Positions 38,146 through 51,600 of a DNA stretch of 64,000 nt are shown in pieces. Below the pieces are notes generated by a model. That model worked only from the letters and a program-made list of their open reading frames with translations, did not search any database and was not told the origin of the DNA. The stretch comes from Octopus sinensis (Eukaryota): positions 2,728,001 through 2,792,000 of the forward strand of contig NC_043002.1 of the NCBI RefSeq assembly GCF_006345805.1, in the 5' to 3' direction. Both the position numbers and the translations under genes were made by a program. Numbering within the stretch: position 1 is the stretch's first letter; each line of letters starts with the position of its first letter.

Positions 38146-40114
38146 TATACTTCTCTCCATATGTGTTCCTTTGTCGCTCAGAAATTTTTACACCCTACCC
38201 AACCTCTTCCTTTGCAATGGACAACTAGTAGAAGCGGTTAACGTACTTAGTCTTCTTGTATATTTCGGGTTCAAATCTTGCTGGAGATCAAATTTTTTTT
38301 ATATATATTTCATCTCCCCAGTTTCAATAAAAGTTAGTGCAAGTAATCAAAACTAATTGACTAAATTGCTTGATTGCCATTAGGAAGAAAATTTACAGCG
38401 TGTCCCTTCAAATGAATTATTAGTTTAATGATCGTGGCCATCAACGCTTTTGCCGCAAATATGTTTTCATGTCGTTCTAAGCGTACCTTTGTTGTATGAA
38501 TATAAATACAAAATAAGATTTTCCCCTTCACGCTTGGTTTTGACATCATTTAGCATGACCAGCAGATAAAAGAATATAATATATTAATTAATACAATTAT
38601 GCGTGTGTGCGCGCGTGCATTTATATGAGTGTGTGTGCGCGCGTGTGTGTTTGTGTGTGTATGTGTGTGTTAATTCTTATGTAAAAAGCCATTATGAATT
38701 CAATTAATATTTCTTCCAAGAAGAGGACAAGTGCTCTGTAAAAATGTAAATTCAGTTTTCGGTCTCTTAGCCATAAACATTACGTGGTCGGGTGCTGACT
38801 GTTCGCTGATTCTTTAAAATTCAGCCTGAAAGCATTCCTCTTCAATAATAATAATAATAAATTCCCTTCTGTGCCAAAGATACGTACTGTAAACAGCAAA
38901 CAGTCATACGACAACATAAAGCTATTTTTAGAAAATGTTCAGAATCAGAAATATAAGCGAAGGGTCTATAAAAACTTGAGGTACTTTTGTTTGGAAGTTT
39001 GTTGGTTTATACCAAATACGGGGTGGGGTGGGGGCTCAAGGGGCCTACCACTGTGTTCAGAAGAATTAATCATGACATACCTTACTCGCTACAGGCAAGA
39101 AAAATCTTTTAGATGGTCGACCTGTTGAACTTGATAAAATATTCTTTCCGCTTTAGTGTCTCAAATCTGGACTTAAGTAGCGCCATTATCAACGTTTCCA
39201 AAATTTTTAGAACTGTGGAGGATATCCGGTAATGAATATGATTAAAAGTGTGAATATAAGAGTCGCGGTTTCGATTTCACACTGCTTGCTCTTCAAAACC
39301 GCTGTGACTTTGGCACAACCCGATTCCACACAATAAATAGCCAACCGAATAAAAGTCAGTGACAATTTCCAATACGAAACACCAAAACCACCAAAACTAC
39401 AGACAACTGAAATAAAAAAAAAAACTGAACATCAAATAGCGAAACAAAGAAATAATAAACAAAAACAATAAACTATAAAAAAAAATAGAAAATTGAGACA
39501 TTTGTATTCAAAATAAAGCACAGAATTAACAATAAAATGATAAAATTGCATTAGTGATGGTTGATGTTTTTGGCTTTGTGATTCACAAGAGAGCAAAACA
39601 AAGGAGAATATTTCTGACGCTCTTCACTTGAGAAGTTAAAAAAAAACTATTTTGAAGTCAAATTTGCAATCGAACTTATTTTATTTCTCATGGTCCTCCA
39701 TAGCAAAATAATGAGGAAAATTTTATTAAGATGTTCAATCAATAATATGGATTTTCTGAAATCAGATTCTTTTAATCAGCGGCACCCCTAGGTACTCGTT
39801 GCGGCGCAGCGTATGAGTACAACATCTAGGGTCATTAGCATAATCACTAACAACAACAACAACAACGAAGGAGACGCCATATTTCATATTACGATAACAA
39901 GTAAAAGTCATCTCCTGAAAGTGAAATATTGAACAAATCCTCTCCTTCGACGTTTCTCAAAAAATCAATCACCAAAAGAAAATGTAAAAATAAAAAAAAC
40001 AATGACAGAAATATAAGCAAACAAATTACACTCTCCACTTCGACCACGATTTGATCACTTTTCTTCCAACCCAAAGCTCAATAAGGAAAGAAAAAGCTCG
40101 GGGTTAGATACGTT

Positions 40115-40320
40115 GGGTTCAAATTTGAGACAGTAATTTCGGAACAAGGGTAAGTCAATTACGCCAACCCCAGTGCTCAACTGGTACTTATTTTATTGAC
40201 CCCGAAAGAATGAAAGGCAAAGTCGACCTGGACGTAATTTGAACTCAGAATGTAAAGACGGGCAAAGTGCCGCAAAGCGTCCTGCCTGCTGTGCTAACCA
40301 TTCTGCCAACTAACCACCTA
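40115..40320 (-). mobile_element. SINE family B
   Basis: AAAGGCAAAGTCGACC..ATTTGAACTCAGAATG..GCTAACCATTCTGCCA, the reverse complement of the family B head. Confidence 0.85.
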
Positions 40321-40391
40321 ACCAGAGTCAGATATATTGATATTATTATCAGCAGGGCGAGTGAATAGAGGGCACCATATTGTTATATTGT

Positions 40392-40580
40392 GAGGTGCGT
40401 GGCGTAATGGTTAGAGTATTCGGCTCACATTTGGGGTGCCACGCTAAATCACCCTGAGAACTTTGTTAAGGGTACACTTGTCTGTGGATTGCTTAGTCAC
40501 CTGCACGTTAATTTCATGAGCGCGCTGTTCCGTTGATCGGATCAACTGGAACCCTCGTCGTCGTAAGCGACGGAGTGCCA
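40392..40580 (+). mobile_element. tRNA-derived SINE (head related to family C, different body)
   Basis: A-box-like head GAGGTGCGTGGCGTAATGGTTAGAG; tail GGATCAACTGGAACCCTCGTCGTCGTAAGCGACGGAGTGCCA. Confidence 0.6.
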
Positions 40581-40744
40581 TTTTTATTGTTGTGTTTGTA
40601 AATGTGTGGATGTTGAATGTGTGTGTGTGTCTGTGTGTGTGTAAAGCAGGTACAAAAAGGGAAATAAAAAGTATCGTTTATAGGCATGCAGTCAATGACA
40701 AATGTGTCAACCAGCTAAACAAACAATACAAGATATATAATAAA

Positions 40745-41669
40745 TCTCTATATATATAAAACTGAGAATGTGTGTCTGTCTGTCTGTCTGTCTCTATTTT
40801 ATGTCAGGTACTTTCACTTTAACAATAACAATTAGAGATAATAATAACAATTGAATTATATGTAGTAAGTAATAACTAAGATCAAACTAAAGTATAATAT
40901 AATCGTAACATAACAAAAGTAAATATAGCAATTGGTATAAAATTGCATCAATGGCTTGAACTTGAATAAGTGGTTTCACATGAATGGGAATAAATTAAAA
41001 ATAAAATTAGCGTGCAGAAATGGAATAGTCCAGATGGAGCTGTGCACATACAAACCTATTTCGGATTGATCACCGACAAAGACGGTGAATCTAGGATAAC
41101 ACCAACAAACGAAATAAAAAAATTAGATTAAAGAAAAGACTATTGTCTATAAAGTATACAACGTAGAGAAAAAAAAAGATTTGAACACCTGGAGGAAAGC
41201 ACCATCGAAAAGTGTCTTGGTGCGACTATAAAAAATATCTAACCAGAGGCGGTAAATTCGCCACAATAAAATCAAGGTTCGAGTCAACGGAGCGTGCAAG
41301 GGAGTACTCGACTCGAACCTTGCACAGTGGAAATATTTTATTTTTACCTTTATATCTGGGATGTAGGACGTCCCGGATAAAATTTTAAATGCCCCCCCCC
41401 CACCGAAGTAGAGGTAGGCTGGATTGTAGCCACACTTCTATACAAGAGGGAGGACAAGAAACAATTGATCGAAATTGCAAGAGACGGGCTAACAATTCCA
41501 GTCTGTTATATATTTTGAGTATTGTTATCACTAGTGATATCAAGATATAACTTTGTATTTTGCATTTTATGCGTAGATGTATATATATATAGATGTACAT
41601 GTAATATGTACACATATATATACACATGCACTGGCACTATGACCCGGCAACAACGGGTCATAATGCTAG
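40745..41669 (+). mobile_element. Non-autonomous Helitron
   Basis: A|TCTCTATATATATAAAACTGAGAATGTG ... ATGACCCG-GCAACAA-CGGGTCAT hairpin, AATG, CTAG|T. Confidence 0.8.
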
Positions 41670-41905
41670 TATATATATAAAACTGAGAATGTGTGTCTGT
41701 CTGTCTGTGTGAATCCCTAAAACTTGAGAACTACTCAACCAATTTCATTCAAATTTTACACATGCCTTACTTAGGGTCCATGTAGTGTCATGGGCAAAAA
41801 CAAATGTTTAACTTCTTGCCTAGGGCGAGCCCACAGCAATATCACATCTTCTCCACTATTTCAGTATTACGGTGTTAAAAGTGAAACAAAAGCATTTCTC
41901 TATTG
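41670..41905 (+). mobile_element. Second Helitron 5' end, head-to-tail with the previous copy
   Basis: TATATATATAAAACTGAGAATGTGTGTCTGTCTG repeats the 40747 head directly after CTAG. Its internal sequence recurs at 46752-46850. Confidence 0.75.
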
Positions 41906-41912
41906 TATATGG

Positions 41913-41969
<57 letters not shown>

Positions 41970-42020
41970 CATATATATATATATACATACATATATATAT
42001 ATACATACATATATATATAT

Positions 42021-42087
<67 letters not shown>

Positions 42088-42269
42088 CATATATATATAT
42101 ACATACATATATATATATACATACATACATATACATGTGTGTGTGTGTGTATACATACATACATATATATATATATACATACATACATATACATGTGTGT
42201 GTGTGTGTGTATACATACATACATACATATACATGTGTGTGTGTGTGTATACATACATACATACATACA

Positions 42270-42305
<36 letters not shown>

Positions 42306-42345
42306 TATACATACATATATATATATATAATATATATATATATAT
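41905..42345. repeat. (TA)n/(TACA)n/(TG)n compound microsatellite
   Basis: Directly visible. Confidence 0.95.
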
Positions 42346-42623
42346 AGGAAGCATATAAATAAGTAATATATAATCATATAGGTATATAAAAAAATATATA
42401 TATAAAAATATATATATATATACATACATACATGTATATGTATACATGTATATGTATACATGTATATGTAAACATGTATGTCTAGATGTATATATAGATG
42501 TACATGTAATATGTACACATACATATGTATCAATAATACAGTGATTGTTTCTTATCAGGAACAAAATGTTTAATAAGACTGCTATAGAAGTGCTCAATTG
42601 AATGAGACAAATATATCAAACTG

Positions 42624-43704
42624 AGGTTACAGAACAAACAAATGCAAGGTCATCTACATAACATTTCATATCTCGAACATTTAATCATAGAATATACATT
42701 TATGACATCACGGAAGATGAAACATAACTCATCTGTACAAGCATATAAGAAAGTGCGAGAAAAATGTGTGAATACAGTTCATCACGGTTAATGTTAATAC
42801 TTTAGCGATTAAGAAATATATATTTTTTTAAAAAAACATTACAACACCTAGAAAATAAATACGTAAAAATATAGTATAAAGTAATATATAATCATATAGG
42901 TATATAAAAAAATATATATATATAAAAATATATATATATATATATATAGGAAGCATATAAATAAGTAATATATAATATATAATGTAAAAATAAAAGTTCA
43001 TCGTTTAGAAAATCTTTTTAGAAATTACTTTTCAAATAAAGGAAACCTATAGTTAAAAACCAGTGTCCAAGCAAAAAAGAAGAAACCGTATTTACATTCC
43101 CTATGGCCATTTCAGGGGTACATTACTGTATTTAAATCACTAGGGTGCATCACAGTAATAACTCCTTCGTCTGGGGAAACAATAGAGAGACAGACATCAT
43201 CCCGTACCGGGGCGAGACCTCCTTAACTAGACTTAACACAATATTGTGTGCTTATTTATTGAAGAAGTCATGCTTAAACGAGCCCAAAAGAAAGAATTAG
43301 AGCAGAAAAAAAAAACGTTAAAGTTTTTTTTATAAATTAAATTAAGAAAAAAAAATGGGTGTATTAAATTAAATTAAATCCAACCTCCGTGGTTTCAAAT
43401 CCCTGTAAGAGCTAAATTATTTATTTGCTACAACTTATTTTATTCCTATACACTTAAAAGTGTATAAAGTTTATACTATATTTTTACGTAATGTTTTTTT
43501 TAAAAATATATATTTCTTAATCGCTAAAGTATTAACATTAACCGTGATGAACTGTATTCACACATTTTTCTCGCACTTTCTTATATGCTTGTACAGATGA
43601 GTTATGTTCCATCTTCCGTGATGTCTAAATGTATATTCTTTGATTAAATGTTTGAGATATGAAATGTTATGTGGATGACCTTGCATTTGTTTGTTCTGTA
43701 ACCT
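42624..43704. repeat. Long inverted repeat, arms 42624-42880 and 43470-43704
   Basis: AGGTTACAGAACAAACAAATGCAAGGTCATC...CACGGTTAATGTTAATACTTTAGCGATTAAG matches the reverse complement of the right arm, apart from a ~20-bp indel and a few substitutions. Confidence 0.9.
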
Positions 43705-43832
43705 TTTTATCACATATATATATATATATACATATATATAAATGCATACATATATACACCCATACACACACACACACACACACACACCGATCCACCCACA
43801 CACACCGATCTACCCACACACACACACATATA

Positions 43833-44140
43833 GGTGCAGGTGTGGCTGTGTGGTAACAAACTTGGTTCCAAAACACATGGTCCTCAGTTCAGTCCCACTG
43901 TGTGCTGACTTGGCATGTGTCTTCTGCTATAGCCTCAGACCAACCAAAGCCTTGTCAGTGGATTTGGTAGACAGAAACTGAAATAAATCAATTGTATATA
44001 TATGAATATATGAAAGTCTATGTGTGTGTGTTTGTGTTTCTCCCTCATCACTACTTCACAACTGGTGTTCGTTTATTTACATCCCCATAACTTACTGGTT
44101 TCACAAGAAGAAACTGATAGAATAAGTACCAAGCTTATCA
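43833..44140 (+). mobile_element. SINE family A, diverged
   Basis: GGTGCAGGTGTGGCTGTGTGGTAAC..CAGTTCAGTCCCACTG..GTGGATTTGGTAGACAGAAACTG. Confidence 0.8.
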
Positions 44141-44258
44141 AAATATAAAAAAGCACTACGCAGTGTCTCATATTTTTGTTTGCCCACTCAGTTGTATCTA
44201 TCAATTTATCTTTGTGTGTGTGTCTGTGTGTGTGTGTGTATACATACATACATACATA

Positions 44259-44324
<66 letters not shown>

Positions 44325-44406
44325 CTGTGTGTGTGTGGATTTCGTGGACAGGAACTGAAACAAATCGATCGTATATATATGTATGTATATATGTAAGTGT
44401 ATGTGT

Positions 44407-45425
44407 TTTGGTATTGGCAACATGAATGACAATGGTCAGAGACTACTTGAATTTTGCATATACCATAACCCGTGCATCACCAACACATTCTTTGCCAACA
44501 AGCCATCCCACAAGGCATCTTGGAGATATCCAAGATCTCACCACTGGCATCAGCTGGATCTCATCATTACACGGAGATCCTTTCTGAATTCTGTTCTACT
44601 GACCCGCAGTTACCACAGCGTGGATTGTGACACAGATTATTCACTAATAAGAAGCAGGGTGAGGATTCTGCCTAAAAAAGTCCATCACTCCAAGAAAATG
44701 GGCCGACCACGCATTAACACTGGCAGAACCTCGGACCCTACACTGCGACAATGTTTTACTGTTTCTATCAAAGTCGCCCTCAGTAGCTGCCCAACCACAT
44801 CTGCTGAAAGTAGGTGGAATTATATCAGGGAAGCTTTGTATACCACATCAATAGATACTTTCGGCATGAGAGAAAGGCAAAACCCAGATTTTGTTCAGTG
44901 CTGGGCTCTCAGAGCTGGAAACAGTTATCGAAACAAAGCGTGCAGCTCTGATGTAATACAAGAGTGATTCTTCTACAAAGTCACTCGAAGAACTCAGAAA
45001 GGCAAGAAATAAAACCCAACTGACAGCCAGACGCTGTGCAAATGGGTATTGACAGGAAATCTGTCAGAGTATCAAGTCAGCTGCTGACAGTGGCAACACC
45101 CGTGGGATGTATGCCGGTTTGAAGAAGGCCCTCGGTCCATCCGCAACCACGTCAGCCCCTCTGAAATCAACTACTGGAGATCTCATCAAGGACCAAAGCA
45201 AGCAAATGGATGCATGGGTGGAGTACTACCAGGATTTGTACTCACGGGGTCCACGGTAGCTGACGCTGCAATCGAGGGTGTCAAGTTCTGCCAGTCGTGT
45301 ATGAACTTGACAGTGTGCCATCTATAGCAGAGCTCACGAAGGCTATTGACTCTCTAGCAAGTAACAAGGCTCCGGGAAAAGACGGCATCCCCTTCGAGAT
45401 CATCAAAACCGGCAAAAACACCGGT
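44407..45425 (+). mobile_element. RTE-clade LINE fragment (APE endonuclease C-terminus to RT start)
   Basis: GIGNMNDNGQRLLEFC..ITNTFF..KASWRYPRSHHWHQLDLIITRR..RSYHSVDCDTDYSL, later NKAPGKDGIPFEIIK; contains stops and frameshifts. Confidence 0.9.
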
Positions 45426-45560
45426 TTATTTATTTAATTTCTAATGAAAATAAATGGTATATACCAATACTATATTTGCATACGCTTGCATAAACTAAGA
45501 ATATGCAGAAGAAACTAATAAATTATAGTAACTAAGGAATTTATATTCAATTATAAATAT

Positions 45561-46740
45561 TTAGGGGTGAAAAAAGTATTCGGACAGAACATAAATAACT
45601 GATAATTCTGATTTAATACTTCGTAGCATAACCATTATTCAGTTCTACTTCAACCAATGTCTTCTTGTAGTTCTTAATGACTCGCATGTTTCTTTAGGAA
45701 TTTTTTCCCATTCTTCTTGACAAATTTTCTTCAAATCTGCAATGCACGTTGGGGCTCTTGAATGAATTTTAATTTTCAAATAACGCCACAAATTTTCAAT
45801 GGGGTTCAGGTCGGGTGACTGGCTTAGCCATTCAAATAATTTTATATTGTGATCGACAATCCATTTTTTGGTAGACTTTGCCGTGTGCTTAGGGTCGTTA
45901 TCCTGTTGTAAAACCCACCCTTCACAAAGCTGGAGCTTTTCAACAGAGTCCCATAAATTATTGTTCAAAATATTTTGATACATCTCTGCATTCATTCTGC
46001 CATCTATCACATGTAAATTGCCAGTACCATTTGCAGAGAAATACCCATGATGTTGCCACCTCCAAACTTTATGGTAGGAATTGTGTTTTTCGGCGAATAG
46101 GCGGTACCATCTTTCCTCCAAACATGGCTACGCGAATTTCGTCCAAACAATTTAATTTTTGACTCGTCTGTCCATAGAACATTTTCCCAGAATGTATCAG
46201 ATTTATCTTTATATTCATAAACAAATTTTAAACGGGCATCTCTATGCCTTTTAGTCAACAGCGGAGTTTTTCTAGGAGAGCGTGACTTCAGTTCATTCCT
46301 ATGAAGTTCATTGCTGATTGTTCGTAGTGTAACACTAGTCCCTGAAGCTAACAAATCTTCTTGCAACTCCTTTCTGGTGATCATTGCGTTTTTTTTTTCG
46401 ATTCTTCGCTTCATTTTTCTTAAAGATGTAGGGGAAATCTTGCGTGGTGCACCGGATCTAATTCTGTTTTCAACAGTTCCCAATTTTTTATATCTTTGAA
46501 TAAATGAAGATATGGTAGAAAATGGAATACAAAGGGTCTCTGATACTTTCCTGTAACTTTTACCTGCTTTCCACTGTTCAATAATTAAGCTTTTTACTGA
46601 TTTTGTGAGTTCTTTACTTTTCCCTATTATTATGATACTACTTTATGTTGTCTCAATGCTGAATGAAGAAGCTAGCGTTTTGACACTTAAAAATGACAAG
46701 TGATAAGATTATTGGAAGAAACGAGAAAGTTCTAGTAAAA
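45561..46740 (-). mobile_element. Tc1 (DD34E) transposon with only one TIR-like end retained
   Basis: TIR-like TAGGGGTGAAAAAAGTATTCGGACAG at ~45562. No matching inverted copy is seen at the other end, where Helitron-like sequence begins at ~46752. Confidence 0.85.
45645..46627 (-). pseudogene. Tc1 transposase, DD34E, inactivated
   Basis: (M>I)GKSKELT HTH, WTDESK, KFGGGNIM(deleted VW, frameshift)GYFS, QQDNDPKH and SPDLNPIENLW. I counted 34 residues between the second D and the E. The start codon is ATA. Confidence 0.9.
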
Positions 46741-47334
46741 AAGAAATTATTTTAACTTGAGAACTACACAACCAATTTCATTCAAATTTTATACATGCCT
46801 TACTTAGGGTCCGGGGAGTGTCATGGGCAAAAAGAAATTAACTTTTTGCCAAAGGCAAAGTCTTCGCTACATTTGCGGCACCTGCCAGAGGGAGTGTTTG
46901 TCCAGGATATGACTACACAACCATGTATTAGGACATGAAATGTAAAAGCCGGACTAGATTATTTTATGCGCAACTCCATTGTCTCCCGAGACAAAAAAGG
47001 ATGCCAACAACAATATATATGGATTTTGTAGACAGGAACTGAAACAAATCAATCGTATATATATGTATATATGTAAGTGTATATGTGTGTCTTTGTGTCT
47101 GTGTTTCGCCCTCATCACTGCTTCACAACTGCTGTTCATTTATTTACATCCACAAAACTTACTGGCTTCACAAGAACAAACTAATAGAATAAGTACTAGT
47201 CTAATAGAATAAGTACTAGTACTAATAGAATAAGTACATATCAACATAAAAAGCACTAGGCTGTGTCTCATATTTTTTTTTACCCACTCAGTTGTATCTA
47301 TCAATTTATCTTTGTGTGTGTGTGTGTACCTAAA

Positions 47335-49043
47335 TCTATATCTATCTATCTATCTATATATATAACACCCTAATGGGAGCCTTAACACCCAAATTTTAGT
47401 CATTTCTTTTATGATCCAAAACTCGGTCGAAAGTACTGAATGGAACTTTATAAAATTTGGAAATTATATTCTAAGCATAAGGGCCATAACCCCCATGACA
47501 ATTCATATATTTTTGCTGTTGATGAAATTTTAACAATAGATATTAGACACATGAAGTAATATTTATAAAATTTCATCTTACAAAGTTAGAAAGACCCCTC
47601 CATGGGGACTTAACACCCACAATTTTGTCATTTTATCTAAGCAAAAACGAATACAGTTGTGCTCTTGAAAGCTGTAGGGTTACCCGAGCATAAAAGTTGG
47701 GCATTATTTCTAGTTCAATGGTACAACAGTGTAACAGTTTGCTTTGACATGCACTTACATTGTGATTTCTGCAAGTAAATGAGGGGCATCGTTGCCTCCA
47801 CTGATTCAGTTGCAAAGTTTTGAGTAAAGTTATTTGATTGCAAACCTCCTTTCAGTCTTTTTATTATCACTCGGTCACACATAGTCCCCAGATGGTAACA
47901 TTGATTTCAAGGCCTTCCCAGATGAGTGACTGGTTATTCAAAGACATTTATAGATTTTAAATTTATTCTGTCCAGTTACGTATCTATATAGTGGTCATTT
48001 GCAAACTCCAGAGGTGACACTTTAATTTCTCCTAAGCCCTCACGTCACACAGTTGTTAATGTTGATTTCAGTTGGGTCACGCCCTTCCAATTGCTATAGA
48101 TTCGTAATGCATCTTACGGCTGTGCCTGTCACTTGGATGGTGAGGAATCCTAAATTGGGAGTGGTAACGACTAGGGTAGGGACTGCTTATTGTGTTCATT
48201 CGCCTTTTGGCTTCCTGTAGCTTTGCTCTCTTTTACAAAACCAGTGAACATATATTTCCTATTTCAAAGAAATTCAAACAATATATATAAGACCCAAGTT
48301 AAAAAGATTCTCAGCAATAGGCGTAGGAGTGGCTGTGTGGTAAGTAGCTTGCTTACCAACCACATGGTTCCGGGTTCAGTCTCACTGCGTGGCACCTGGG
48401 GCAAGTGTCTTCTACTATAGCCTCGGGCCGACCAAAGCCTTGTGAGTGGATTTGGTAGACGGAAACTGAAAGAAGCCTGTCGTATATATGTATATATATA
48501 TGTGTGTTTGTGTGCCTGTGTTTGTCCCACTAGCATCGCTTGATAACCGATGCTGGTGTGTTAAACTCACCGTAACTTAGCGGTTCGGCAAAAAAGAGAC
48601 CGATAAAATAAGTACTGGGCTTACAAAGAATAAGTCCTGGGGTCGATTTGATCGACTAAAAGCGGTGCTCCAGCATGGCCACAGTCACATGACTGAAACG
48701 AGTAAAAGAGCAAAAGAGCAAATTCAACTTCTCTGGTTGACATTAAGATGCACACCCCCAATAGGGGCGTTAACTCCACGACCTTCATTTTTCAGGAGCA
48801 AAATCTTTTTAACAGGTTCAATAAGACTGGAATTTTGCAATATGCGCATAAAAATCAGTAGTATGGGATACATGTGGCACGATTACAATTTTTTTAGGGT
48901 GAGTAAAGAGGGAAATAACCCTCATCTTCAATTTTGATGAAATTCGAAACATAAATATTCCAGTTCATTACAGAAAATATAACAGAAAAGTCTAATTCTT
49001 CAATTGAATGTAACCGGGGGGCAACGCCGGGTATCTCTGCTAG
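47335..49043 (+). mobile_element. Non-autonomous Helitron with nested SINE
   Basis: A|TCTATATCTATC... to CCGGGGGGCAACGCCGGGTATCTCTGCTAG|T. The 3' end is well supported; the 5' end is less certain. Confidence 0.65.
48320..48710 (+). mobile_element. SINE family A, full length
   Basis: Runs from GGCGTAGGAGTGGCTGTGTGGTAAGTAGCTTGCTTACCAACCACATGGTTCCGGGTTCAGT to GACTGAAACGAGTAAAAGAG. Confidence 0.95.
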
Positions 49044-49464
49044 TATGAAATAAAATATCTTCTACGTAGTGTATTCGTGACGGCCATTAATACTTGTAAA
49101 CCGCAATAAACACGTGTAAGGGAATATTTAGAATTCACAACAAACAAAAGCGACAAAAATCACAACAAAAATATGTCTTCTATGTCGGCGTTTTTCGAAC
49201 AGGCAATATATTTCATTGGAAAGCCTCCTGGAATTTTTGTGACGAGGCGTGTTGGTCACGTTGGTGACTGAATTAGAGATAAGAGGATTATAGTACAGTT
49301 TTATCACATCTCCGTTTTGTGAAATCTAAATAAATGTAGCAATATATATTTGTGTGTGTATAGATGTGTATCTGCTGATAAGCTAGAAGCGATAAATTAC
49401 AGAACTTAATACAAATATAGAGTATTCTATAATACATTAAACTGAAAAGCTCCAACTTTTAGTG

Positions 49465-49567
<103 letters not shown>

Positions 49568-49626
49568 AACATATATATGTATATGTATACATATATATAT
49601 GTGTGTGTGTGTATATATATATATAT

Positions 49627-49659
<33 letters not shown>

Positions 49660-50024
49660 TTAAATAATCAGAAATCGAGAAAACCTATGATGAACAAACA
49701 AACAAATTGGATCACATCGGTAGATTACTTTTTTAATACAAAACATGACAGAACATGTCTTACGAGCGTTTCCGCTTCCGATATTACTCGTCATCTTCAC
49801 AGCGCATTCGATCTAGTTCATGGTGCTTCATCAGAGTGAATACAAATGTGTAAAATAAATGAAACGAAGGGAAGTGGGAATAGGAAAGAACAGGGCCTCG
49901 AGAAGAGGCAAGAAGGCTCAATATATTAAAATCATATCATCATGCAGCGTGGAGCTTTGAAGTCGATAGACTATCGTCAATGCTGCACTTTCCCGTATCA
50001 CCTCTTTCAACATAACTGCTATTT

Positions 50025-50056
50025 TAATCTTGAGCAATGCCGGGTATCTCTGCTAA
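50025..50056 (+). mobile_element. Additional Helitron-like 3' terminus
   Basis: GAGCAATGCCGGGTATCTCTGCTAA is nearly identical to the terminus at 49020-49043. Confidence 0.55.
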
Positions 50057-50429
50057 TATATATATAAGTAACAAACTAAGGAAAGAGTGTGTAAAACATC
50101 CAATTCGCTGGTACGTCAGTTGAAAACCACAGAATAGGGATATAATGCACGCTCCTAAACATAGGCATGTAAATTAATTTTTTTTAGAAACCAGCCGTCC
50201 TCTCACACGGAATTCCGTCTGCCTTTTAAACTAAAGCTCTGAAGAGACTTATATAAATGGATATCAATTGTTTATAAAGTTGAAACAATTGTGGCTTCTT
50301 TTGGTTTTCTAATAACTTTTTAAGCTATCTTTATATTATATTATATTCGTAATATATCTTGTTATATTATAATATAAATAAATTAGTAGATTGTCAATTG
50401 AATCTCTGTATTTAAATTATTGTTTATAT

Positions 50430-51255
50430 ACGTATATATATATATATATATATATAACTCAACTTGTGTGTCTGTGTGTTTAACTTTCCGGCACGTCTCC
50501 TCCTAACCAACAAATCGTAGAACCACCAAAAATGGGACACTTAAAGTTTAGGCAAATGAAAATTGAACTGCGCTATTTCCGTTCCAATATTCATCTCGCA
50601 AGAGCAAAAATCGATAATGTGTTTGTTTAGGCCTTATCCAATGCATTGAATAGTGAACTTTACTCAGTCAGCTGTTTGATGTGAACTGTGTTCACCACTC
50701 GTGCAAGCATGCGTAAATTGCATGAAAAATAAAAAATCAATATATAAAAACGAATCGCCGTAAACATTGTAGAAATTCAGCAAAGAAATGAATTTTCGGA
50801 ATGTAGCCTGGAGGATTTTTTCGTATTAATCGTTTGGACTTTATGAACACATACCAATTGTTTTCATAACATTTTTAACGCTTTGAATTAAATGTGACCA
50901 TTTTGCGTTGAGTCTGCAGTTTCAATCAGTTTAACCAATTTTAGCACGCCGGATTTTTGATCATCACGATACATCGCCAGCGACTCCCTGAGCCCCCCCC
51001 CCCTGAAATCCCCGTTGAGAAATACTGATCTAAAAGAATAATTCAACAATGCAATTATTTGATCAACAAAAATTTATGAAACGCTCCTACGTACTTCCTA
51101 TTGAGGAAATGGAACACATAAGCGCAAAAATAGAAGGCATTAAATGCTTGATTTTAAAACCAAAATAATTGAATTTTGATTGAACTTCATCCAAGTTTAG
51201 CTTAATTCGCGCGTGCATAGAACGCACGAGCGCACGAGCCGGGCAATACTGCTAG
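50430..51255 (+). mobile_element. Non-autonomous Helitron-like element
   Basis: Ends GAGCCGGGCAATACTGCTAG|T. The head (TA)nACTCAACTTGTGTGTCTGTGTG resembles the other Helitron heads. The 5' limit is uncertain. Confidence 0.55.
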
Positions 51256-51274
51256 TATATATATAAAGGGAAAG

Positions 51275-51600
51275 TTTACGAAAATAAACAAAAGACGAAG
51301 GCAGGTGGTGTACAAACAAACAAATGTATTAGTATAGCGCTCAGGAATAGAAAAAGTCTTTTACGTTTCGAGCCTACGCTCTTCTACAGAAAGACACACA
51401 GAAAAAAAAACAAGGAGAGAAACAAGGAGAGAAAAAAAATGTGTGTAGTAGCTAGCGATCTATCATTGCGTCTGATTCGGACAGAATGGTCAGACGCGAG
51501 AGGGACAGTAGGGGAGATAACAGGGTCAAGTGACTTCCAATACGAAGGAGCCCCCAACACAAAGGTGCGTGTGTGTATAAAAGAGTATGTATGTGCGTGT
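51275..51600 (-). mobile_element. Penelope-type repeat with hammerhead motif (A6U variant)
   Basis: The minus strand at 51358-51393 reads CTTT-CTGTAGA-A-GAGC(GTAG)GCTC-GAAAC-GTA-AAAG. Confidence 0.65.

Noticed and set aside
49730-49840. Minus-strand CTGATGA ... GGAAAC hammerhead-like words
   Set aside because: Stems and spacing could not be closed into a hammerhead fold.
51014-51027. hAT-like TIR end (GTTGAGAAATACTG)
   Set aside because: No partner TIR or 8-bp target-site duplication was found.
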